A stretch of DNA of 64,000 nucleotides. It comes from an uncultured Haloferula sp. (lineage in GTDB: Bacteria > Verrucomicrobiota > Verrucomicrobiia > Verrucomicrobiales > Akkermansiaceae). Positions 53,532-64,000 of this stretch are shown here, one piece after another. Position 1 is the stretch's first letter. Every line of letters begins with the position of its first letter. The DNA is taken from NCBI GenBank assembly GCA_965652295.1, contig CBFGTS010000003.1, positions 1 to 64,000 on the forward strand. Reading direction: 5' to 3'. The notes beneath the pieces were generated by a model. That model had not been told where the DNA came from. It saw only the letters and a list, made by a program, of their open reading frames with translations, and made no database searches. Both the position numbers and the translations under genes were made by a program.

Positions 53532-55454
53532 ATGAAACGCTTCTTCATCCTGGTCGGCTGCGCGGCACCGGCCCTCGCCGCCGATCTTTCCCTCACCAGC
53601 CCCGACCAGAAGCTTCAGGTGGAGGTTTCCCTCACCGAAGCCGGCGAACCTCGATACACCGTCACGCGCGAGGGCACCCCTGTTCTTCGGGAATCCAAGC
53701 TGGGTTTGGTCCGCGAGGACGCCGACTTCACCCGCGGACTGAAGCTGGCAGGAAAAGCCATCACCTCGCAGGTCACCGACCACTACACGATCTCGAATGC
53801 GAAGCGCCGTGAAAACCGCTACGAGGCCAACCGCGGGGTGCTCCCGCTGGTCGATGCCGAGGGCCGGAAAATGGAGATCGTGTTCCAGGTCTCCAACGAC
53901 GGCCTCGGCTTCCGCTACCGTTTCCCGGAAACCGACGCCAGCGTGCGGAAAATGGAGTCCGAGGCGACCACCTTCCATTTCCCCGACGAGACCCGCGCCT
54001 GGCTCCAGCCGATGTCCGTGGCCAAGACCGGCTGGGCGAAAACGAACCCCTCCTACGAAGAACACTATCAGATGGACATCCCGGCGGGCACGCCCTCGAC
54101 CCTCGGAGCCGGCTGGGTTTATCCTGCTCTCTTCCGCACCGGCGAGACCTGGGTGCTGCTCAGCGAGGCCGCGCCGAACCGACAATACTGCAACACCCGC
54201 CTCGCCCACGAATCGCCCGGCGGCGAATACGGCGTCGCCTTCCCCGATCCGCGGGAAGTCATCACCGGCGGCGTCAGCCACCCGCAGGGCAAACTGCCCT
54301 GGGTCACCCCGTGGCGCGTGGTCGCGGTCGGCAGCTTGAAGACGATCACCGAATCGATGCTCGGCGTCGATCTCGCCGACAAGCCGGCCGACGGCGCGAA
54401 GCCCGCTACTCCGGGCATCGCTTCGTGGTCGTGGCCGCTGCTCGGCGACAGAAGCTGCAATTTCGAGACCCAGAAGCAGTTCATCGATTACGCCGCCGAG
54501 ATGGGCTGGCGCTACACGCTTATTGATGCCCTGTGGGACAAGCAGATCGGCACGCCGAAACTCAAACAGCTGCTCCGCCATGCCCGCAGCAAGAACGTCG
54601 AGATCCTGCTCTGGTACAACTCCGTCGGCGATTGGAACGAAGCCCCGCAGACCCCGAAAGACCGGATGCTCACCCAGGAAAGCCGGAAGAAGGAATTCGA
54701 ATGGCTCAAGGAGCTCGGCGTGGCGGGAATCAAAGTCGATTTCTTTGCAGGCGACGGGCAGTCGGTCGTGAACTACCAGCTCGACATCCTCGAAGAGTCG
54801 GCACCCTACGGCCTCGCCATCAATTTCCACGGCACCACCCTGCCCCGCGGCCTCCAGCGGACCTACCCGCATTTCATGACCGCCGAGGCGATCAAAGGCC
54901 AGGAGTTCATCACCTTCGGGCAGGGAAACGCCGACCAGCAACCCACCCACTGCACCGTCATCCCGTTCACCCGCAACGTCTTCGATCCGATGGACTTCAC
55001 CCCGATGGTCCTCGACAAACTCAACGATCGCGTCACGCGTCGCACGACCGCCGCCTACGAGCTGGCGCTGCCCGTCCTCTTCACCTCCGGCATCCAGCAC
55101 ATGGCCGAGGTCCCGACCGGCCTCGCCAAGGCACCGGAGTATGTGAAAAACTTCCTCAAGAAACTCCCGGAATCCTGGGACGACTCGCGCTTCATCGACG
55201 GCTTTCCCGGGAAATATGTCGTGATGGCCCGCCGCTCGGGCAAGCACTGGTTCGTCTGCGGCATCAACGGCCTCGATGATCCCCGCAAGCTCCAGCTCGA
55301 TCTCTCCGAACTCGGCGTCAGCCAGGGCCGCATCATCACCAACGGCAGCGACAGCGAACTGGGCTTCTCCATGCAGGACGTCAGCGTCGCGGAAAACGGC
55401 GGCCTGCCCGTGGAAATCGCGCCGAAGGGCGGATTTGTCATCGTGCTGCAATGA
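53532..55454 (+). CDS. GH97 glycoside hydrolase (exported)
   Basis: Signal peptide, TPWRV, FIDYAAEMGW, GIKVDFF, NFHG, PFTRNV..PMDFTP. Confidence 0.92.
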   Translation: MKRFFILVGCAAPALAADLSLTSPDQKLQVEVSLTEAGEPRYTVTREGTPVLRESKLGLVREDADFTRGLKLAGKAITSQVTDHYTISNAKRRENRYEANRGVLPLVDAEGRKMEIVFQVSNDGLGFRYRFPETDASVRKMESEATTFHFPDETRAWLQPMSVAKTGWAKTNPSYEEHYQMDIPAGTPSTLGAGWVYPALFRTGETWVLLSEAAPNRQYCNTRLAHESPGGEYGVAFPDPREVITGGVSHPQGKLPWVTPWRVVAVGSLKTITESMLGVDLADKPADGAKPATPGIASWSWPLLGDRSCNFETQKQFIDYAAEMGWRYTLIDALWDKQIGTPKLKQLLRHARSKNVEILLWYNSVGDWNEAPQTPKDRMLTQESRKKEFEWLKELGVAGIKVDFFAGDGQSVVNYQLDILEESAPYGLAINFHGTTLPRGLQRTYPHFMTAEAIKGQEFITFGQGNADQQPTHCTVIPFTRNVFDPMDFTPMVLDKLNDRVTRRTTAAYELALPVLFTSGIQHMAEVPTGLAKAPEYVKNFLKKLPESWDDSRFIDGFPGKYVVMARRSGKHWFVCGINGLDDPRKLQLDLSELGVSQGRIITNGSDSELGFSMQDVSVAENGGLPVEIAPKGGFVIVLQ

Positions 55455-55515
55455 TCGGGCTCCGGCATCCGCCGTGCTCCGCAAATCCTTTGACCCCCGC
55501 GGCCCGTTTCCCTAA

Positions 55516-57747
<2,232 letters not shown>

Positions 57748-57762
57748 GGTATTTTTCGGACT

Positions 57763-57843
57763 GCTCCGACATGTCGGAGCTTTCTCCTCCGAGCCGCTCC
57801 CCGCTCGCGACCGTCACCCCGGAGCCAACATGTCGGCTCCGGG
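57763..57843. repeat. Two related REP-like palindromes
   Basis: Perfect GCTCCGACATGTCGGAGC (57763-57780) and near-perfect CCCGGAGCCAACATGTCGGCTCCGGG (57818-57843). Confidence 0.65.
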
Positions 57844-57926
57844 ACAGCTCACCCGGCAACTCCCGGCCCCACCCTCAAAGCCCGCCCACCCTTGCGTCGC
57901 TCGTCCCTGGGTCCTACTTTCTGCCG

Positions 57927-58586
57927 GTGCTCCGCCCCCACATCAGCCTCAATTTCGCCCTCTCCGCCGACGGCAGGATCACCTCCGTCGCAGGCATTTC
58001 CTCGGGCTGGACTTCGCAAGCCGACAAGGACCGCCTGCTCCATCTCCGCCGATCCGCCGACGCCATCCTCGTCGGCCGGGGCACGCTCGAAGCCGACCGC
58101 ATGACCATGACCGCGCCGCAAAACCCGCTGCGCTGCGTGGTCTCCGGAAAGGGCCGCTTCGATCCCACTCACCCGCTCTTCCACACACCCGGCGGGCCGA
58201 TCCATCTTCTCGGAATCGAAAACCCGCCCGAGCCGGTGGGCGAAGCGACGCTCCACCACGCCAGCCTCGCGGACTTCCTCGGATCGCTCCACCGCGACCA
58301 CGGCATCCGCCACCTCCACTGCGAGGGCGGCGGCACGCTCGTCCGGGCCCTTGCGGAAATGGACGCCATCGATGAAATCCACCTCACCTGGGCGGCCCAC
58401 ACCCTCTTCGGCGGGCGCAGCGCCCCCGGACTCGCCGGCCCCCCCGGCGATTTCCTGCCCGCATCCCGCCGCTTCGAACTCACCGACTTCGATCCCCGCT
58501 CGGAGCTCGGTGAATGCTTCCTGACCTACCGACGCGTCTCCGCAGCCGCCGACTCATCCGATCCGCCCTCTCAAGGGCCGTCGTGA
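57927..58586 (+). CDS. RibD C-terminal (pyrimidine reductase/DHFR-like) domain protein
   Basis: NFALSADGRI, LRR.ADAILVG.GT..AD, CEGGG.L, IDEI.L; start is an estimate. Confidence 0.85.
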   Translation: MLRPHISLNFALSADGRITSVAGISSGWTSQADKDRLLHLRRSADAILVGRGTLEADRMTMTAPQNPLRCVVSGKGRFDPTHPLFHTPGGPIHLLGIENPPEPVGEATLHHASLADFLGSLHRDHGIRHLHCEGGGTLVRALAEMDAIDEIHLTWAAHTLFGGRSAPGLAGPPGDFLPASRRFELTDFDPRSELGECFLTYRRVSAAADSSDPPSQGPS

Positions 58587-58655
58587 TTCCGGGGGCGAAA
58601 AACGGATGCATCACAATTCTTGCGACTCCGTTTCAGAAGAAGCAGCATCCGCTTC

Positions 58656-58889
58656 ATGGAAACCTTCGAGAAGGCCTTCATCGAGCAGCATGCCGCCCTG
58701 GACCAGGTCATCGAGAAGGGGCTCGCCCTTCAGCAGTTCCGGTCGCGCCACGCCGAGGACGAATGGTCGCCCGAGATCGGGACCGAGCTCCAGCAGCTTC
58801 TTGAAGGAGTCACCGCCGCCGCGGAAACACTCAGCGTCCGGACCCGGCGGGTTTCCTCGATGCACCGCGAAAAACTCAGCGGGTGCTGA
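58656..58889 (+). CDS. Small helical hypothetical protein
   Basis: Genome-like codon usage; followed by a terminator. Confidence 0.6.
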   Translation: METFEKAFIEQHAALDQVIEKGLALQQFRSRHAEDEWSPEIGTELQQLLEGVTAAAETLSVRTRRVSSMHREKLSGC

Positions 58890-58904
58890 CCCTCCTTCCC
58901 CGCA

Positions 58905-59005
58905 ACAGAAAGCCCCGGTCTCTGGGGGGAGGAAGACCGGGGCCTTTTCGGGGGGGGGTAAGACAGCGTGGGGGACGCTTGCGGGGGGATGGTGCGCTCG
59001 CTTGA
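58905..59005 (-). ncRNA. Candidate C-rich small RNA 1
   Basis: No credible ORF; shares GCGAGCG and ACGCUGUCUU blocks and repeated UCCCCC with candidate 2; ends in hairpin plus U run. Confidence 0.4.
58909..58948. terminator. Bidirectional terminator hairpin
   Basis: AAA-GCCCCGGTCT...AGACCGGGGC-CTTTT. Confidence 0.75.
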
Positions 59006-59119
59006 CGCGCCGGTAGATTCCCATGATTCCAGCGATTCGCAATCCCCCCAATTGGAGGCTGCGTAGATCCCCGCGGAGGAAAATTGACAACGCGGCCCGA
59101 TGTTCCCGATTCCTAAGAT

Positions 59120-59288
59120 ATCGAGGTGGTCGCAGAGCTTCTGCACCGCCTTGGATCGTGGATCGTAGGAACTTGTTGTCTGGGTCAGCCTGGGGGGCTG
59201 GCTCCCAACTTCAGAGCCCCTCGCGGGCTCGTTTCAGCGATCCGCGTGGGTGCCTGGCTTCTGGGGGGAAGCCGGGCACCCTTCTTTT
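59120..59288 (+). ncRNA. Candidate structured small RNA with G-rich loops
   Basis: TTGACA at 59084 upstream; several hairpins; terminator 59248-59288 GGGTGCCTGGCTT...AAGCCGGGCACCC-TTCTTTT with no upstream CDS to terminate. Confidence 0.5.
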
Positions 59289-59504
59289 CGACAAACGGAA
59301 TCTCCCAACCCCCGGCCACCACTGAGGTGATGGCTCCGGGGGCTGGGATCCGGCCCTAGAAGCCGGGTCACCCACACAGTGACGAGACCAAGTCTCCACC
59401 ATTCCCCCGTTCTAACAATCACGTCATGGAGGATACGTCTTCACGCGGGCGAACGGCCTCGGGCTGGAGGTCCTCTTGGCCAACTTGGCGATCCTGAGGC
59501 CGTT

Positions 59505-59610
59505 GAAAGAAAAAGGGAACGGCCCCACCCTCAGGGGAGAGGTGCGGAGCCGTTCGGGGGAAGACAGCGTTGAGTTCTGGGGGAACTGAGCCAAGCGATG
59601 CCCGCTCGCA
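59505..59610 (-). ncRNA. Candidate C-rich small RNA 2 (paralogue of candidate 1)
   Basis: Minus-strand hairpin plus UUUUUCUUU terminator at 59506-59555; shared blocks with candidate 1. Confidence 0.45.
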
Positions 59611-59956
59611 AAATTGCAGGAATTCACCTCCCGGCAATCTCCTTCGAAGGAAATCTGCGTAGATCCCGCTGCCCGGATCGGAAACCACCCTCAGAAGATT
59701 CGGTTTCTGAGGTAGCGCTGGATTCTGGGACTTCGGTCCCTCCAATGATCGCGAATCATTGGGATCGGGCACTCCTTCTTTCAGAGCGAAGGGGGATGAT
59801 GGGCTAAAACCGAGATCCTCCCGCGAGGAACCGGGTCACTGACACTCCACAGTGTTTACGGCCGAATTTCCAGCCGAGAGACGCGAGACCGTCGGCCAAT
59901 TTCGGGTGAGGTATTTCCTTGAAATCGGACATCCGTCCGCCACATTGCCAAATATC

Positions 59957-60355
59957 ATGAACCCTTCCGTCCTAATCTCAGCATTATTCTTGGCGGGCAC
60001 CAGCGCTCACTCTCAAGATGCTTATGAAGGAGCAGCTGAAGACCTTGCGCTTCTCCGAGACACGCAGCAAATCGCTTCAGAGGGCGACTCTGGAAAAACC
60101 ATTCGAGCCTCAACTTCAAAGGCTATTGAAGCAGCGGAACGAGTTTTCTCCCACATTCCTATGCTCTTCAAGACGAAGAGTGAGGTGCTGCAGATCCTCG
60201 GCGATCCCGCCACGATCAGTGATTACGCAGCGCCTGCAAAGGCAGATGACAAGACCTTGATCTATCGCTTCGATTCCGGATACGGCGGGCTTCAATTTTC
60301 GATCAGCTTCCGCAACGACATTGCCCATACCGTGCAGATCGACGAATTTGAGTGA
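59957..60355 (+). CDS. Exported hypothetical protein, atypically low GC
   Basis: Signal peptide MNPSVLISALFLAGTSAHS; AT-richer codons; lies beyond the tRNA 3' end. Confidence 0.65.
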   Translation: MNPSVLISALFLAGTSAHSQDAYEGAAEDLALLRDTQQIASEGDSGKTIRASTSKAIEAAERVFSHIPMLFKTKSEVLQILGDPATISDYAAPAKADDKTLIYRFDSGYGGLQFSISFRNDIAHTVQIDEFE

Positions 60356-60531
60356 GGTATTGAATGAATGATTACTTCGGCTCCTCATTCTTCCGCCATG
60401 GATCACGCTTTTCTGATGATTTGACAGTTCAATTCTCCAATTACATCTGCTCTGGAGGTCGCGCTTCCCGGGGTGAATCGAGAATGTGGAATTGAGCGTC
60501 ATCGGTTCCCCCTCCCTTCCTCAAGGATGAA

Positions 60532-60606
60532 TGGTGCGCGGTGCAGGGTTCGAACCTGCGACCCCATCGGTGTGAACGATGTGCTCTACCACTGAGCTAA
60601 CCGCGC
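60532..60606 (-). tRNA. tRNA-Val (anticodon CAC)
   Basis: GCGCGGTTAGCTCAGTGGTAGAGCA-CATCG-TT-CAC-AC-CGATG-GGGTCGCAGGTTCGAACCCTGCACCGCGCACCA; cloverleaf with encoded CCA. Confidence 0.97.
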
Positions 60607-60707
60607 TTTCACGCTGCCCTTTCGGGCGGGGCCGCAGTCTCTAGGGTACTCGCCCGGGCTTGGCAAGCGGCTTTGCAAAAAAGCCACGCTCGGGTATTCC
60701 AAGGGCC

Positions 60708-61598
60708 TTGAAGGCTTTCCACCACCTCCATTTCGCGGACATCGCCGCGCTCGCCGCGGACAAGCAAGCGGCGGGCCTCACCGCCAGCCTCTGCATCCCC
60801 ACGCTCAACGAGGAAGGCACCATCGCCCGCATCGTCGAAACCCTCCGCACCGCCCTGATCGACGCCCATCCGCTGCTCGACGAGCTGGTGGTGATCGATT
60901 CCGGCTCGACCGATCGCACCCGCGAACTCGCCGCCGACGCCGGAGCGGAAGTCGTGCTGGCTTCCGACCTCCTTCCCTTCCAAGGCACCCGCGCCGGCAA
61001 GGGCGAGAACCTGTGGAAGGCCGTCCATCATTGCCGCGGCAACCTCATCGCCTTCGTCGACGGCGACATCGGCAACATCCACCCGCGCTTCGTCACCGGC
61101 ACCCTCGGCCCGCTGATCCGCCATCCGGAAATCGGCTACGTGAAGGGCTTCTACGAGCGGCCTTTCCTCGCCACCGAGGGCGTCGATCCCCGCGGCGGCG
61201 GACGCGTCACGGAGATCCTCGTCCGACCGCTTTTCGATCGCTTCTGCCCGGAACTCGCCGGCCTCCACCAGCCGCTCGCCGGGGAATACGCCGCCCGCCG
61301 GGAAATCCTCGAGAGCATCCCCTTTCCCACCGGATACGGCGTGGAAACCGCCCACCTCATCGATGTCTGGCGGGCTCACGGGATTTCCGCGATCGCCCAG
61401 ACCGATCTCGACGAGCGTATCCACCGCAACCGCTCGCTGGCCGACCTCGGCCGCATGTCGGACCAGATCCTCGACGCCTTCCTGCCGCGCTTCCTCGACC
61501 AGCGGCCTGCCACCGACGAGCGACCGCCGATGATTTCGCTGCCCGACTATCGCGCGCGCTTTCCTGCCGCCGCCGCACGGTTTAGGAAGCTGGCGTGA
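60708..61598 (+). CDS. gpgS: Glucosyl-3-phosphoglycerate synthase
   Basis: PTLNEE.TI, IDSGSTD.T, GKGE.LWK, KGFY.RP, GGRVTE, QPLAGEYA, GYGVE, R.HRN. Confidence 0.9.
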   Translation: MKAFHHLHFADIAALAADKQAAGLTASLCIPTLNEEGTIARIVETLRTALIDAHPLLDELVVIDSGSTDRTRELAADAGAEVVLASDLLPFQGTRAGKGENLWKAVHHCRGNLIAFVDGDIGNIHPRFVTGTLGPLIRHPEIGYVKGFYERPFLATEGVDPRGGGRVTEILVRPLFDRFCPELAGLHQPLAGEYAARREILESIPFPTGYGVETAHLIDVWRAHGISAIAQTDLDERIHRNRSLADLGRMSDQILDAFLPRFLDQRPATDERPPMISLPDYRARFPAAAARFRKLA

Positions 61599-62041
61599 GC
61601 GATCTCCAAATCCGGCTGCTCGAACCCTCCGACCACCTCGCCGCCACCGGCCTGCTGGTCCATCTGAACCCCGACTGCCCGACCGATGTCCTGCTGCGGC
61701 GTTTCCGCACGATCATTGAGGAGCACCCCCACTATTTCCCCGTCGGGGCTTTTTCCGAAGACAAGCTGGTGGGTTTTGCAGGCGTCTGGATCGCCACCAA
61801 GATCTGGTGCGGGAAATACCTGGAGATCGACAACTTCATCGTCCACCCCGGGCATCGCTCCGAGGGCATCGGCACCTCGCTCATGGACTACCTCGAGGCC
61901 ATGGCCCAAGAGCACGGCTGCAACCTCCAGACGCTCGACGCCTGGACCACCAACCACGCATCGCACCGCCTCTACCTCCGTCGCGGCTTCGAAATCTGGG
62001 GCTTCCACTTCGTGAAACCGCTGGGATCGCTGGATCGGTGA
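61595..62041 (+). CDS. GNAT family acetyltransferase
   Basis: V.P.HR..GIG acetyl-CoA motif, N..SHRLY...GF. Confidence 0.88.
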   Translation: MSDLQIRLLEPSDHLAATGLLVHLNPDCPTDVLLRRFRTIIEEHPHYFPVGAFSEDKLVGFAGVWIATKIWCGKYLEIDNFIVHPGHRSEGIGTSLMDYLEAMAQEHGCNLQTLDAWTTNHASHRLYLRRGFEIWGFHFVKPLGSLDR

Positions 62042-62066
62042 CCTGGCTCCGCGATCCCACGTCTCC

Positions 62067-63293
62067 GTGAACGTCCTCACCGTCCACTACCACCTGCGGC
62101 CCGGCGGCGTCACCGAGGTGATCCGCCAGAACCATCGCATCCTCACCGCTGCGGGCATCAATCACGAGATCCTCTGCGGCGACAACCCGTCCGAACTCCC
62201 CGCCGCCGTCGATCCGGCGTTCGACTACTCTTCCTCGGCAGCGGCGACCGGCTTTCCCGGATCACGGCTCCCGGATCACGAGGGACTTCTCCATTTCCAC
62301 AACCCCTGCCTCGGTAAAAACCCGGCTCTCACCGCCTCTCTCGCCAGCCTCGCCAACAGCGGCCGCGCCCTGCTTCTCCAGCACCACGACTTCGCCGAGG
62401 ACGGACGGCCCGAATTGCTCGCGGCGCTGCGGAAGATCGAGAACCCCTATCCGCTCGCTCCCCGCATCGGCCACGCCTTCATCAACACGCGCGACCGCGA
62501 AATCTTCCTCCGCGCCGGACTGCCCGAGGACCGGGCCTTCCTGCTGCCGAATCCGTTCTCACCGCGCCCGCTGCCACCGGTCGCCACCCACGGCCCCGCC
62601 GTCGTGCTGCACCCGATGCGCGGGCTGCCCCGCAAAAACCTCGGCGAGATGCTCCTCCTCGCCGCCTGCTCACCCCCCGGCACCCGCTTCCTCCAAGGCA
62701 GCGCGCCCGCGAACGAAACCTGGCGGGAGAACTACGAGGGCTGGCGTCGCTTCGCCGCCGAACTCGGCCTGCCGATCGACTTCGACGTCTTTCCGCACGG
62801 TCGCGACGACGCCCTCGCCCGCTCCACCCACCTCCTCACCACCTCCACCCAGGAGGGCTTCGGCATGATCCACCTCGAGGCTGCGGGACACCGCCGGGTC
62901 CTCGGCCGCCGCATCGCCCACCTCGCGGCCGACCTCGCCGGCTTCCCCGCCGACGGGCTCTACGACGCGCTGCTCGTCGCAGGCACCGACTTCGCCGCGC
63001 TCGGTGTGGACGACCAGCGGCGGGCGATTTCATCGGTCGTCTCCGGAAAACTGATCCCGACCGTCATCCACGGCGAACATCGTACTTCGCTGCCCGCCTG
63101 GCTGGCCGACCAGCTGTCGCTCCGCCCACCCGGCGACGCTTCCGCCGCCCTCGCGCGCCACGGCGACGCCGCCCATCTCGGCCGCCTCCTCCACATCGCA
63201 CGCACGCTTCTCGACGCGCCGGCCGGGCCGGTCACGGCGCTCGATCCCCGGAAGATCGCCGAGGCCTGGGCGCGCCATGAGAAGAGCGCCTAG
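62067..63293 (+). CDS. Divergent GT-B (GT4-like) glycosyltransferase
   Basis: HYHLRPGGVT.VI, HDFAEDGRP, R...RKNLGE, S.QEGFGM..LE. Confidence 0.75.
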   Translation: MNVLTVHYHLRPGGVTEVIRQNHRILTAAGINHEILCGDNPSELPAAVDPAFDYSSSAAATGFPGSRLPDHEGLLHFHNPCLGKNPALTASLASLANSGRALLLQHHDFAEDGRPELLAALRKIENPYPLAPRIGHAFINTRDREIFLRAGLPEDRAFLLPNPFSPRPLPPVATHGPAVVLHPMRGLPRKNLGEMLLLAACSPPGTRFLQGSAPANETWRENYEGWRRFAAELGLPIDFDVFPHGRDDALARSTHLLTTSTQEGFGMIHLEAAGHRRVLGRRIAHLAADLAGFPADGLYDALLVAGTDFAALGVDDQRRAISSVVSGKLIPTVIHGEHRTSLPAWLADQLSLRPPGDASAALARHGDAAHLGRLLHIARTLLDAPAGPVTALDPRKIAEAWARHEKSA

Positions 63294-63757
63294 TCGCCGC
63301 CTGCCTTGTTCTTCAGAAACGAGAAGATCTTCGAAAAGTTCGCCTTCAGCGAGTCGCCGGGAGCCGCCACGCGGAAGACGATCCGCGACGTCTTGCCCTC
63401 CGCCACGACGTTCGCGAGGTAGGTCCCGGGCGCGAGCGGCTTCTTGTCCATGGTGTCGCTCAACTTCACCTCCGCGGTGTTGTTGGCAAAGATCACCCCC
63501 GCCGCCTGCGCGTCCTCCACCGTTCCGTCCTCCTTGCAGGGAAAGGCGTTCACGATGAGCATCGGCACCTCTTTCTCCAGCTTCAGCGGCGCGTCCGGCG
63601 CGACAGGTTCCGGGATCTGGGCGAACAACTCGTTGCCATGTTCCATCACCGCCTTCTGTCCGCCGAGCGAGAGATCGAAGGGAAGAAAAAGCGGATGCTC
63701 GTCCGCATGGGCGAGCAGCAGCGACGCGAGCCAAAGAACGGAGGCGAGGATTTTCAT
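63290..63757 (-). CDS. Exported hypothetical protein
   Basis: Signal peptide MKILASVLWLASLLLAHA; genome-like codon usage. Confidence 0.7.
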   Translation of the reverse strand: MKILASVLWLASLLLAHADEHPLFLPFDLSLGGQKAVMEHGNELFAQIPEPVAPDAPLKLEKEVPMLIVNAFPCKEDGTVEDAQAAGVIFANNTAEVKLSDTMDKKPLAPGTYLANVVAEGKTSRIVFRVAAPGDSLKANFSKIFSFLKNKAGGD

Positions 63758-63814
63758 CCCCTCATCCAAGCGCACCGGCGGGATCACCACAAGCCCGCGG
63801 GCCAACCACCGCCG

Positions 63815-64000
63815 TCACACCTTGGCCAGCCCCAGCAGCTCGCGCAGCCGGCCGAGATCGGTCGCCGAGGACTTCGCCACGAAGCCGCGCGCATGGGCGA
63901 AGTGGACATCCGCCTCCGCCTCGATCCGCGTGAAGTCGAAACGCGGATCGTCATTGTGCCGGGACAAACCGTATCCCGCGCCGCGGCGGTCGGGATAGAC
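63815..64000 (-). CDS. C-terminal part of a probable MYG1-family protein (runs off window)
   Basis: Manual translation VYPDRRGAGYGLSRHNDDPRFDF...VHFAHARGFVAKSS...LAKV*; F.H..GF motif. Confidence 0.6.
   Translation of the reverse strand, partial: VYPDRRGAGYGLSRHNDDPRFDFTRIEAEADVHFAHARGFVAKSSATDLGRLRELLGLAKV

Noticed and set aside
58989..58997. Possible att duplication of the tRNA-Val 3' end (ATGGTGCGC)
   Set aside because: Only 9 bp match, expected by chance, and no integrase is present
58890..59950. CRISPR array, tmRNA, RNase P, SRP or small CDSs in the long intergenic region
   Set aside because: No regularly spaced direct repeats or cas genes; no recognisable consensus of these RNAs by eye; ORFs there are low-complexity and cross terminators

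Overview
GC-rich bacterial chromosomal window, most likely Verrucomicrobiota (Luteolibacter/Haloferula-like). This is inferred from a PEP-CTERM tail, a Verrucomicrobia-type LexA box and Verrucomicrobia-style C-terminal domains; no database search was run. It is mostly housekeeping and carbohydrate genes: folC, accD, comF, folD, hom, dus, tmk, ftsK, pcm, icd, two GH2 beta-galactosidases, GH43, GH97, gpgS and tRNA-Val(CAC). Most notable: (1) two adjacent Hcp (T6SS tube)-family genes that both carry N-terminal signal peptides, one fused to TSP3-like Ca-binding repeats and a putative surface-protein C-terminal domain, with no T6SS genes in the window, suggesting a Sec-exported Hcp filament or tube system; (2) a ~1 kb non-coding region (58890-59950) tiled by hairpins, containing two paralogous candidate C-rich sRNAs and a divergent G-loop RNA complementary to them; (3) a solitary Y1/HUH transposase flanked by ~91-bp triple-hairpin inverted repeats, plus several REP-like families; (4) a plant-type L-arabinokinase-like kinase with nucleotidyltransferase and GH43, a candidate nucleotide-sugar salvage operon; (5) a PEP-CTERM ice-binding (DUF3494) protein, an FGGY pseudokinase, and a toxin-antitoxin relic between accD and folC. 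Many start codons were shortened relative to the ORF track and are best estimates.
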